Shown here one piece after another: positions 1-8,988 of a stretch of 53,942 bases of DNA. Every line of letters starts with the position of its first letter. The first letter of the stretch is position 1. A model generated the notes under the pieces. The model saw nothing but the letters and a program-made list of their open reading frames with translations. It made no database searches and was not told the origin of the DNA. The stretch covers positions 1 to 53,942 of the forward strand of contig JAITXI010000171.1 of the NCBI GenBank assembly GCA_031284905.1, written 5' to 3'. Position numbers and translations under genes: made by a program. The DNA is from Bacteroidales bacterium (GTDB taxonomy: Bacteria; Bacteroidota; Bacteroidia; Bacteroidales; ML635J-15).

Positions 1-492
1 AAAGGTCCTGATTATTTTGTAGAAGCTGCTAAAAAAGTTTTAGAAAAAGACCAAAATGTTAGATTTGTGATGGCTGGAAGCGGCGATATGCTTAATAAAA
101 TGATTAGGCGGGTAGCAAAATTAGGAATTGCGAAAAATTTTCACTTTGCAGGTTTTCTGAAAGGACAAGAAGTTTATGAAATGTACAGTATGAGCGATGT
201 TTATGTTATGCCTTCCGTATCAGAACCTTTTGGAATTTCTCCTCTCGAAGCTATGATGTCGGAAGTTCCTGTAATTATTTCTAAACAATCGGGAGTTGCT
301 GAAGTTTTAAAACACGCTTTAAAAGTCGATTTCTGGGATATTGACGATTTAGCTGATGCTATTTATGGATTACTTCATTATGAAGGACTTTCCAAAATGT
401 TTGTCAGATATGGAAAAGAAGAAGTAGAAAAACTCAGATGGGATAATTCTGCTTATAAAATAAATGAAATTTATAAATCAATTTTAAAATAA
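1..492 (+). CDS. Glycosyltransferase family 4 (glycogen-synthase-like), 5'-truncated by the window edge
   Basis: Frame is open from base 1 (KGPDYFVEAAKKV...); GT4 motif MPSVSEPFGISPLEAM; adjacent to GH57 as in Bacteroidota glycogen loci. Confidence 0.9.
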   Translation, partial: KGPDYFVEAAKKVLEKDQNVRFVMAGSGDMLNKMIRRVAKLGIAKNFHFAGFLKGQEVYEMYSMSDVYVMPSVSEPFGISPLEAMMSEVPVIISKQSGVAEVLKHALKVDFWDIDDLADAIYGLLHYEGLSKMFVRYGKEEVEKLRWDNSAYKINEIYKSILK

Positions 493-498
493 TATATT

Positions 499-1680
499 AT
501 GCGTTCACTTTGTTTTTATTTTCAAGTACATCAACCTTTTAGATTAAGAAGATACAAATTTTTCGATATCGGACACGAACATTATTATTATAATGATTTT
601 GAAAACAAGTCAATAATGCGAAAAGTTGCAAATAAATGCTATCTGCCTACTAATCAAGTATTTTTTGATTTGATAAAAAAATATGGTTCAGATGTGAAAA
701 TTTCATATTCTATTTCAGGTGTTGCTATAGACCAATTTGAAATGTATGCTCCTGATGTTCTCGAAAGTTTTCAAAGACTCGTTGATACAGGAAATGTTGA
801 AATCCTTGATGAAACTTATGCTCATTCACTTTCTGCTCTGAAAAATAAAGAAGAATTTTTCCGTCAAGTAAAAATGCACCGAAATAAAGTTAAAACGCTG
901 TTCGGCGTTGAACCAAAAGTTTTTAGAAATACAGAATTGATTTATTCTGATAAAGTCGGAGAAATGGTTGCAGAACTTGGTTATAAAGGGATTTTAGCTG
1001 AGGGAGCAAAACATGTTTTAGGTTGGAGAAGTCCAAATTATGTTTATTGTAATGCAATAAAACCAAAACTTAAAGTTTTGCTGAAAAATTTTAAATTATC
1101 TGATGATATTGCTTTCCGTTTTTCAAATAGAGGTTGGGAAGAATGGCCACTTACAACTGAAAAATTTGTTTCTTGGCTAAACGAACTTGATTCAAAAGAA
1201 CAAACCGTAAATCTTTTTATGGATTATGAAACTTTTGGCGAACATCAATGGGCAGAAACAGGAATTTTTGAATTTTTAAAGGCACTCCCAAATGCAATTT
1301 ATAAAAATTCTGATTTTAGATTTGTAACTCCGTCAGAATTAATTGAAAATTTCCCTGCAGTTGGCGAAATACATGTTCCTTATCCAATGTCGTGGGCAGA
1401 TGAAGAAAGAGATTTAACAGCTTGGCTTGGTAACGAACTTCAAGACGAAGCATTTAATAATCTCTATAATCTCTACGAAAAAATAAAAGAAAAAAATGAT
1501 CCCCAAATATGGAAAGATTGGCTTTATCTACAAACTAGCGACCACTTTTATTATATGTGTACAAAATGGTTTTCTGACGGTGATGTGCATAAATATTTTA
1601 ATCCTTATGATTCTCCTTATGAAGCATTTGTGAATTTTATGAATATTTTTAGTGATTTCCTTATTCGATTGGAAAAATAA
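499..1680 (+). CDS. Glycoside hydrolase family 57 (alpha-amylase-like)
   Basis: Motifs FQVHQP, ETYAHSL, FRNTEL, FMDYETFGEH, SWAD. Confidence 0.93.
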   Translation: MRSLCFYFQVHQPFRLRRYKFFDIGHEHYYYNDFENKSIMRKVANKCYLPTNQVFFDLIKKYGSDVKISYSISGVAIDQFEMYAPDVLESFQRLVDTGNVEILDETYAHSLSALKNKEEFFRQVKMHRNKVKTLFGVEPKVFRNTELIYSDKVGEMVAELGYKGILAEGAKHVLGWRSPNYVYCNAIKPKLKVLLKNFKLSDDIAFRFSNRGWEEWPLTTEKFVSWLNELDSKEQTVNLFMDYETFGEHQWAETGIFEFLKALPNAIYKNSDFRFVTPSELIENFPAVGEIHVPYPMSWADEERDLTAWLGNELQDEAFNNLYNLYEKIKEKNDPQIWKDWLYLQTSDHFYYMCTKWFSDGDVHKYFNPYDSPYEAFVNFMNIFSDFLIRLEK

Positions 1681-1689
1681 AAAATTTAA

Positions 1690-1915
1690 CCCAACTTGAA
1701 CAAAATTTCCAAGAAAACAAATAAAAAAGGCAAATTTTTATAAAGTTTAAAAGTGTAGTCGATTGATTGTAAAGAGTTTGTGTGTTTGGAGTTTCAAAAA
1801 ATGGCTTTGTAAACCTTAAATTTTCAAAATATATCAAAATGAATGTTAACTTTGTAGCGTGTTTGTAAAGAAAATTGATAAATCAAATAAATATGTAGCA
1901 GAAATTTATAATGAG
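1690..1915 (+). mobile_element. IS1634-like left end / non-autonomous remnant
   Basis: AAAATTTAACCCAACTTGA at 1681-1699 is identical to 25824-25842; the following ~60 nt resemble 53765-53826 and the reverse complement of 26181-26220; right boundary uncertain. Confidence 0.55.
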
Positions 1916-1943
1916 TTTAACTATTAAAAAAATCCTATAAATT

Positions 1944-2708
1944 ATGATGTTAGACTTTTCTAAATACAAAAAAAAATTTACTGAATACGCAAATTCCTTT
2001 CTAAATAAAGATAAAAAACACGATGAAGATTTTATTTTAAAAATTATTCATAGTAATAATGTTAAGAAAAATGCTGAATTTATTGCTATTTCAAATAATT
2101 TTTCTTACGAAGATTTTTTTATTGCACAAATTTGCGGACAATTTCACGATGTTGGCAGATTCTTGCAATATCATGAATATCAAACATTTAAAGATACAAA
2201 AACGATAAAGCATGGAGAATTAGGAGTGAAAATTATAAAAGAAAATCGTTTTTTTGAGGATTTAGATATTTCTTTGCAAGAAATTATTTACACTGCAATC
2301 TATAATCATGGTTTATATTCAATAGAAAAATATCAAACAGACAAACAACTTTTTTTTTCAAAATTAACTCGTGATGCTGATAAAATAGACATTTTTAGAC
2401 TTGTTTCCGAATATTATAATAAAACCGAAAACAGAAACATTGCTCTCGAATATAATTTGGAAGATATTCCGGAAATTTCAAAAAATGTTTTTAATTCGTT
2501 CAAAGACAAAGAATTAATTGAAAAATCCGAATTAAAAACATTAAATGATTTTAAACTTATGCAACTTTCATGGATATATGATATAAACTTTGAATGTTCC
2601 AGAAAGTTAATTATTGAAAAAGAATACCTTCAATCTATTTTGCTAAGTATATCTGATATTTATATAAAAAATATTATCAAACAAATGATTACGAATTTAA
2701 CAATTTAA
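1944..2708 (+). CDS. HD-domain phosphohydrolase
   Basis: Motifs KIIH, FHDVGRF, HGELG, NHG, RDADKIDI. Confidence 0.85.
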   Translation: MMLDFSKYKKKFTEYANSFLNKDKKHDEDFILKIIHSNNVKKNAEFIAISNNFSYEDFFIAQICGQFHDVGRFLQYHEYQTFKDTKTIKHGELGVKIIKENRFFEDLDISLQEIIYTAIYNHGLYSIEKYQTDKQLFFSKLTRDADKIDIFRLVSEYYNKTENRNIALEYNLEDIPEISKNVFNSFKDKELIEKSELKTLNDFKLMQLSWIYDINFECSRKLIIEKEYLQSILLSISDIYIKNIIKQMITNLTI

Positions 2709-2726
2709 TATAAATTTCTATGCTGT

Positions 2727-2800
2727 TAGAACCAAGGTAAAAGGGCGAACGGTGAACGGACGAAAGGAAAATTTAGATTTTCAATTTTAGAGTGAAAATC
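2727..2800. repeat. Degenerate 7-nt-period repeat array
   Basis: TAGAACCAAG, then GGTAAAA GGGCGAA CGGTGAA CGGACGA and TTAGATT TTCAATT TTAGAGT, between convergent genes. Confidence 0.55.
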
Positions 2801-2803
2801 GTT

Positions 2804-4114
2804 TTATCTTCGTTTGTTCGCTTTTTTGTTATTTGTAATCATTTTCATCATTTGTTTGGTTTGGTCGAATTGCTTTAAAAGACGGTTTACATCTGCAATT
2901 TCTGTTCCGCTACCCATTGCAATTCTTTTTCGACGTGTTCCGTTTATAATTTCGGGATTTTCTCTTTCAAGAGAAGACATCGAATAAATTATTGCTTCAA
3001 TACTTTTGAACGTATTATCATCAAAATCCATGTTTTTTATTGCTTTGCCCAAACCAGGAATCATTCCTGCCAATTCTTTGAAATTTCCCATCTTTTTTAT
3101 TTGGTTTATCTGTGAAAGGAAATCATTAAAATCGAATTTGTTTTTAGCTATTTTTTTCTGAAGTTTTCGTGCTTCTTCTTCATCATATTGTTCTTGTGCT
3201 TTTTCAACCAAAGAAACTATATCTCCCATTCCAAGAATACGGTCTGCCATACGTTCCGGATGGAAAACATCTATGGCATCCATTTTCTCTCCTGTACCAA
3301 CAAATTTTATCGGCTTATTTACAACTGCTCGAATCGAAATCGCTGCTCCACCTCTTGTATCTCCGTCTAATTTTGTGAGAATCACTCCGCTAAAATCCAA
3401 ACGATTGTTAAATTCTTTTGCTGTATTTACGGCATCTTGTCCGGTCATCGAATCTACCACAAATAAAATTTCTTGCGGATTAATGGCGCTTTTGATGTTT
3501 TCGATTTCGTCCATCATTTCTGAATCTACAGCCAAACGACCTGCTGTATCTATTATTACTAAATCATGCCCATATTCTTTTGCATATTTTACTGCATTTT
3601 GTGCAATCTTAATCGGATTTTTATTCTCGTTTTCCGAATAAACTTTAACATCAATTTGTTCTCCTAAAACTTTTAATTGTTCTATAGCTGCCGGACGATA
3701 TATATCACAAGACACCAATAATGGATTTTTCCCTTTTTTTGTTTTTAGCATATTTGCTAATTTTCCCGAAAAAGTTGTTTTACCGGAACCTTGAAGACCA
3801 GACATCAAAATTATTGCAGGACTTCCTTTTATATTTATTTCTGATGCTGTTCCGCCCATTAATTTTGATAATTCATCATGGACAATTTTTATCATCAATT
3901 GCCCTGGTTTTAACGATTTTATTACATTTTGCCCAATTGATTCCTCTTTTACTTTTGTGATAAATTCTTTAGCTGTGTTATAATTGACATCGGCATCTAA
4001 TAAAGCACGACGTACTTCTTTTAGAGTTTCTGCAATGTTTACTTCATTAATCTTTCCTTCTCCTCTTAATAATTTTAAAGATTTTTCAAGTCTTTCTGAT
4101 AAATTTTCAAACAT
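2804..4114 (-). CDS. ffh: Signal recognition particle protein Ffh
   Basis: MFENLSERL start; GLQGSGKTT, DTAGR, TKLDGDTRGG, RILGMGD, M domain. Confidence 0.98.
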   Translation of the reverse strand: MFENLSERLEKSLKLLRGEGKINEVNIAETLKEVRRALLDADVNYNTAKEFITKVKEESIGQNVIKSLKPGQLMIKIVHDELSKLMGGTASEINIKGSPAIILMSGLQGSGKTTFSGKLANMLKTKKGKNPLLVSCDIYRPAAIEQLKVLGEQIDVKVYSENENKNPIKIAQNAVKYAKEYGHDLVIIDTAGRLAVDSEMMDEIENIKSAINPQEILFVVDSMTGQDAVNTAKEFNNRLDFSGVILTKLDGDTRGGAAISIRAVVNKPIKFVGTGEKMDAIDVFHPERMADRILGMGDIVSLVEKAQEQYDEEEARKLQKKIAKNKFDFNDFLSQINQIKKMGNFKELAGMIPGLGKAIKNMDFDDNTFKSIEAIIYSMSSLERENPEIINGTRRKRIAMGSGTEIADVNRLLKQFDQTKQMMKMITNNKKANKRR

Positions 4115-4271
4115 AATTTCTGTCTTTTTTCTATTTTACAAAAATAATTATAATTTTACAAATTTTCGTTATAAATACAAAACTTTTTTTCAAAATTTTG
4201 ACTATATGTCGATAAATGCTTTTTTTATTAGAAAATGTAGTAAAATCGTTGAATAAATAATTACAATTTTT

Positions 4272-4877
4272 CTATAAAAAATCAATAGCTTCTTTTCCGT
4301 CCATAAACAATAAATCTAAAATAGATAAATTTTCATAAAATTGAAATTTATCCGAAAAAACTTGAAAATAAGGTCTTGAAATAAAATCAGGGTCTAATTC
4401 ATTCTTTTGAGATTTTGGATGAATCTTTTCGCGAAAGTTATTTTTAATTTCTTTAATAAAATCAGATGAATATTCAACTTTAGTTTTTATATCTAGAAAA
4501 TTTAAAATTTTAAATAAAATCTTCATATTCAAATCAATCAAAAATTTTTCTTTAGCTTCAAAAACAAAATTAAAATCATCAATAAGAAAGTCATAATAAG
4601 GAGAACTTTTATATGCCGATAAAATTGCTGTTTTGTGGTTTTTCTGCCATAAATATGAATAATCAATTATAATATCTTTTGTATAAGTGTGATTATTCTT
4701 ACAAACCGGCACAAAAAGAGGTAAAATCCCATTTGACGACAAGATGTAACATCTATTTCTGTATGATTGTTTACTATAATTTTCATAAATGTCAATAATA
4801 ATTTTATCATAATGAATGAATTTGCTAACATATTGAATATTAGGAAAATATGCCGTTGATAGGATTATTGATTTCAT
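4272..4877 (-). CDS. WbqC family protein
   Basis: STAYFP, ENYSKQSYRNRC, AYKSSPYY, YFQVF, NLSILDLLF. Confidence 0.88.
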   Translation of the reverse strand: MKSIILSTAYFPNIQYVSKFIHYDKIIIDIYENYSKQSYRNRCYILSSNGILPLFVPVCKNNHTYTKDIIIDYSYLWQKNHKTAILSAYKSSPYYDFLIDDFNFVFEAKEKFLIDLNMKILFKILNFLDIKTKVEYSSDFIKEIKNNFREKIHPKSQKNELDPDFISRPYFQVFSDKFQFYENLSILDLLFMDGKEAIDFL

Positions 4878-5001
4878 TGATAAAATTATTATTTTATTTA
4901 TTAAAACCGTATTTTTTGCAAAAAATTATAAAATTATAAAAAAGTATTATTTTTATAAAAAGAAATGTATGAATTTATTTTTTCAATGCTAAAAAAACAG
5001 C

Positions 5002-5009
5002 TAATTTTG
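5002..5009 (+). promoter_or_regulatory. Bacteroidota sigma-A -7 element for ruvX
   Basis: TAATTTTG matches TAnnTTTG just upstream of the ATG at 5019. Confidence 0.6.
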
Positions 5010-5018
5010 CAAATATAA

Positions 5019-5447
5019 ATGAAAAGATATTTAGCACTAGATATTGGACAAAAGAAAACAGGAATTGCTGTAACAGATGAAGGTCGTATAATTTCTTTTC
5101 CTTTAACGACAATTCCAACTTTTGAAGTTGAAATTTTTTTGACAAAATATATTTTAGAAAACGAAGTGGAAAAAATAATTGTTGGAATACCAAAGCAAAT
5201 GAATAATACTTATTCGCAGTCAATGAAATATATTGAACCGGTTTTTAATCGTTTGAGAAAAATTTTTCCCGATATTATTTTTATTAAAATAGATGAGCGT
5301 TTCACTTCAAAAATGGCATTTCAAACAATGATTAATGCAGGACTTTCAAAAATCCAAAGACAAGATAAAACTATTGTTGATAAAATCAGTGCGGCTATTA
5401 TTTTAGATTCCTATTTAGACAAAGAAAAATTTGAAAATAGAACATAG
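5019..5447 (+). CDS. ruvX: Holliday junction resolvase-like / pre-16S rRNA nuclease RuvX (YqgF)
   Basis: LALDIGQKKTGIAVTD, IVGIP, DERFTS, VDKISAAIIL. Confidence 0.93.
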   Translation: MKRYLALDIGQKKTGIAVTDEGRIISFPLTTIPTFEVEIFLTKYILENEVEKIIVGIPKQMNNTYSQSMKYIEPVFNRLRKIFPDIIFIKIDERFTSKMAFQTMINAGLSKIQRQDKTIVDKISAAIILDSYLDKEKFENRT

Positions 5448-5687
5448 CCTCATTTGCTGATAGAACACAGGTCGCTTCACTGATGGGAATGGCGACATAC
5501 AAACGGTAAATTGAAGTTGTTTTTTAGAAATTTTGGAAATAAAATAAGTCTGTCTCCAAAACTTGTCCAACGCCGTTATTTGTTCCAAACAAAAAAATTG
5601 TAGTACACAAAACTCGCTTTGAAAATTTAATGATGGTTTTGTCTTATATATTGTTTGTGGTTAAAGAATAATACATAGAGATAATTT

Positions 5688-6965
5688 TTAAATTTTTTCT
5701 TTCTTTATCAAATTCAGAATTTTCATAGTGTTTTCTTCTTTTGCATTTTTACCGCTATGGTAAAAAGTTGTATTTTTTAATTCGTCAGGTAGATATTGTT
5801 GAGAAATAAAATTATTTTCAAAATCATGCGGATATTTATATTCTTTTCCGTAATCTAATTTTTTCATCAAACCCGTTGGAGCATTTCTAATATGCAAAGG
5901 AACAGACAAATCGCCTGTTTTTCTAACCAAATCAATAGCTGTATCAATAGCTAAATATGCCGAATTACTTTTTGGACTTGTTGCTAAATAAATTACAGCT
6001 TCCGATAAAATAATTCTGGCTTCCGGCATTCCAATTTTATTTACGGCTTCAAAACAAGCATTTGCCATCAAAAGCGCGTTTGGATTTGCCAAACCAATAT
6101 CTTCGGAAGCAAGAATTAATAATCGTCTCGCAATAAATTTCACATCTTCGCCTCCTTCGAGCATTCTTGCTAACCAATAAATTGCCGCATCGGCATCCGA
6201 ACCTCTTACAGATTTTATAAATGCTGAAATTATATCATAATGTTGTTCTCCATTTTTATCGTATAAAGCGATATTTTCTTGCAATTTGTCAATTACAAAT
6301 TTATTATCTATGATTAATTCTTCTTCTGTATTATCTGTGCTTGTAAGTAATTCTATAAGATTATAAATTTTTCGCGCATCTCCACCTGAAAACCGATATA
6401 AGGCTTCTCGTTCAATAACCTTAATTTTTCTTTCTTTCAAAATCACATCTTTTAAAATTGCTTTATCAATAAGAATGTCAATTTCCTTATTTTCCAAATG
6501 TTTCAAAACATAAACTTGTGCTCTTGATAAAAGTGGAGAAATAACTTCAAATGAAGGATTTTCAGTTGTCGCACCAATTAAAGTAATAATTCCTTTTTCA
6601 ACTGCTCCCAGTAAAGAATCTTGTTGTGCTTTATTAAAACGATGTATTTCGTCAATAAAAAGTATCGGGTGTGATGTTTCAAACAAGCTGTTGGAGTTTG
6701 CTTTTTCTATAACTTCACGAACATCTTTTACGCCACAATTTATTGCACTTAAAGTATAAAAATTTCGATTTGTAAGATGTGAAATTATGTTTACGAGAGT
6801 AGTTTTACCAACTCCCGGAGGTCCCCACAATATCATTGAAGGGATGTTTCCTGATTCTATAATTTTTCTCAACGGAGCATTTTTGCCAACTAAATGACTT
6901 TGCCCTACATATTCTTCAAAATTTGATGGGCGTAAACGTTCGGCTAATGGTGCTAATATTGACAT
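5688..6965 (-). CDS. rarA: Replication-associated recombination protein A (MgsA/RarA)
   Basis: PLAERLRP, GPPGVGKTT, DEIHRFNKAQQD, GATTENPSF, ISAFIKSVRGSD, YKYPHD. Confidence 0.96.
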   Translation of the reverse strand: MSILAPLAERLRPSNFEEYVGQSHLVGKNAPLRKIIESGNIPSMILWGPPGVGKTTLVNIISHLTNRNFYTLSAINCGVKDVREVIEKANSNSLFETSHPILFIDEIHRFNKAQQDSLLGAVEKGIITLIGATTENPSFEVISPLLSRAQVYVLKHLENKEIDILIDKAILKDVILKERKIKVIEREALYRFSGGDARKIYNLIELLTSTDNTEEELIIDNKFVIDKLQENIALYDKNGEQHYDIISAFIKSVRGSDADAAIYWLARMLEGGEDVKFIARRLLILASEDIGLANPNALLMANACFEAVNKIGMPEARIILSEAVIYLATSPKSNSAYLAIDTAIDLVRKTGDLSVPLHIRNAPTGLMKKLDYGKEYKYPHDFENNFISQQYLPDELKNTTFYHSGKNAKEENTMKILNLIKKEKI

Positions 6966-6967
6966 AT

Positions 6968-7022
6968 TGATTTACGATTTAATTTTCAATCTAAAATTAT
7001 CTTTTGTCTTGGCGCTTGATTT
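6968..7022. repeat. Degenerate 7-nt-period repeat array
   Basis: GATTTAC GATTTAA ... TTATCTT TTGTCTT GGCGCTT; the minus strand reads AAGCGCC AAGACAA AAGATAA. Confidence 0.4.
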
Positions 7023-7026
7023 TTTA

Positions 7027-7383
7027 CTACATTTCTATAAACTCAAAATCTATATTTGTTAATGATTGAAATTCTTTTCCACTTTCATAAATATCTTCAT
7101 CATCCGATTCATAATACCAAATAATTTTGACATTATTTCTATTTTTCAATTTTTTAAATAATTCAAATAAATATTTTGTTGCTCCTGTATTAAAATATTG
7201 CAAATTTAATGCCAATATCAATTTTGAATTTTTATTCAATAGATTATCAATTTCTAAATTTATTTTATTGAAAAATTCTAAAGGATTTTCCGGAATTAAT
7301 ATTCCTTTTACAAATATTTCCGATGTTTCGGAATTTATTATTATTTCCGGTGTTTTATTTGTTGCTTTAATCGTTGTTTCCAT
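7027..7383 (-). CDS. SiaC family regulatory phosphoprotein (DUF1987)
   Basis: TPEI, KGILIPENPLEFF, YFNTG (phospho-Thr position), WYYESDDEDIYESG. Confidence 0.85.
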   Translation of the reverse strand: METTIKATNKTPEIIINSETSEIFVKGILIPENPLEFFNKINLEIDNLLNKNSKLILALNLQYFNTGATKYLFELFKKLKNRNNVKIIWYYESDDEDIYESGKEFQSLTNIDFEFIEM

Positions 7384-7876
7384 GTTTAAATTCTAATAAT
7401 ATTTTTGTCATAAATTCTTGTTCGCTATCAATATTTTTATATTTATTATCAATTTCTCCTTCATTGATTAAGTAAAAACAATTTTCAGATTTTAATCTAC
7501 ATAAAATCAGTCCATTTCCTACACTTCCACCAATTTCTTTCAACAAATTTTCTTGATATTCGATTTTTAAGTTTTCTAATGAAGTATCATTTATTTTTGT
7601 AATGAGTCCTTGCAATTTTTCAAATTTATTTTTTGACATTTTCTGTTTTATTGAAAAATTTGCATTAAATGAATTTAAAGAAAATCTAAATGTATCTATT
7701 TTGCTATCATTATGAATTATTGCATTTTGAATTAATTCGACAGCACAAATAAATATTTTTTTTCGGATATTTTTTGGTATTTCTTCGTATTTTTCTAAAT
7801 TCTTAAATAATATTTCCGAATAATTATCAAAATTTTTTTTATTTTTAAATGATATTGAGAATGTTTTTGTTGCCAT
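7367..7876 (-). CDS. SiaB-like GHKL protein kinase (DUF6272-like), divergent
   Basis: N-box VELIQNAIIH, G-rich GGSVGNGLILCRLKS; overlaps the SiaC-like gene. Confidence 0.65.
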   Translation of the reverse strand: MATKTFSISFKNKKNFDNYSEILFKNLEKYEEIPKNIRKKIFICAVELIQNAIIHNDSKIDTFRFSLNSFNANFSIKQKMSKNKFEKLQGLITKINDTSLENLKIEYQENLLKEIGGSVGNGLILCRLKSENCFYLINEGEIDNKYKNIDSEQEFMTKILLEFKHGNND

Positions 7877-8988
7877 TATTTAAAAACTATTGGTTTAGGA
7901 ATCGTTATTTGTTTGATTGAGTCTAGTGCAAAAAAATCCGTCATCCCTGATATATAATCTGTTATGATTTGTTTATCAGTTTCTTTATTTTGTTTATAAA
8001 AATTTTCCATACCTGATAGGTAGTTTCCAAAATTATTATTTAGTTGAATGTTTGACTCTTCATATTTTGGAAAATCAAATTTGTTTTTTTCGAATAGATT
8101 TAAAAGATATTCAAATAAATTTGTAATAATTTTATCACAAAAAGCATCATATTCTTTTAGCGTTCTGTGGTCATAAATATACTTATAATTAAAGTCTTTT
8201 AATGTTAAAAGTAAATTATACTTTTCGTCTGAAAATCCAATTTGCGAATTATTTTTTGAATTTTCGATTAAATCAATAACCAAAGTGTTGATAATTTGTC
8301 CGTTCTTTGTACCTATTTCTTTTACAATATAATTTGGAATATCATTTTTTGTAATAAATCCTGCAATTATAGCATCTTCTATATCTCTTCCAAGGTAAGC
8401 GATTTTGTCGGCAAAACGTGTGATACAACCTTCAAATGAATTTGAAATTACTTGGCGATTTTTTATTGTATCTAAATCGTTTAATTTTTTAGCAGGTTTC
8501 AAAGATTGCTCATCTTGTTCGCCATTATGACAAATTATTCCGTCTTTCACAGCAAAACACAAATTTAATCCTTGCCCTTTATTTGCTAAATATTGTGCTT
8601 GTCGGTAAGAATTTATTTCGTGAATAAATGCGTTATTTCCACCTAAAATTTTATTTAATGTGGTTTCTCCGGCGTGTCCGAATGGTGTATGACCCAAATC
8701 GTGTCCAAGTCCGATAGCATACGCCATATCCGAATCCAAATCCCAGCCATAATTATTTAAACCTTTGCAAATAGTAGCGGCGATTGTTGCTACATGTAGC
8801 ACATGTTCTATTCGTGTACAAATATGGTCATTTTCGGGAGCAAAAAAAACTTGAGTTTTATTTTTTAATCTTCTGAATGCTGTTGAATGAATTATTGCTG
8901 TTTGATCTCTAAAAAAATCTCCTCTTATATCTGCTTGCCGATTTTGTGTTCTTTGTAAGAATATTTCTTTTTGGAAAAAATTTTTCAT
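7876..8988 (-). CDS. dgt: dGTP triphosphohydrolase (HD family)
   Basis: AFRRLKNKTQVF, TRIEHVLHV, GHDLGHTPFGHAGE, ADKIAY, DYISGMTD. Confidence 0.92.
   Translation of the reverse strand: MKNFFQKEIFLQRTQNRQADIRGDFFRDQTAIIHSTAFRRLKNKTQVFFAPENDHICTRIEHVLHVATIAATICKGLNNYGWDLDSDMAYAIGLGHDLGHTPFGHAGETTLNKILGGNNAFIHEINSYRQAQYLANKGQGLNLCFAVKDGIICHNGEQDEQSLKPAKKLNDLDTIKNRQVISNSFEGCITRFADKIAYLGRDIEDAIIAGFITKNDIPNYIVKEIGTKNGQIINTLVIDLIENSKNNSQIGFSDEKYNLLLTLKDFNYKYIYDHRTLKEYDAFCDKIITNLFEYLLNLFEKNKFDFPKYEESNIQLNNNFGNYLSGMENFYKQNKETDKQIITDYISGMTDFFALDSIKQITIPKPIVFK

Noticed and set aside
3169-4256. Short antisense ORFs over ffh, and similar shadow ORFs over rsmI, kce, atoD, batD, the helicases and nrdJ
   Set aside because: They lie opposite or inside well-supported genes and have no motifs; typical antisense artefacts.
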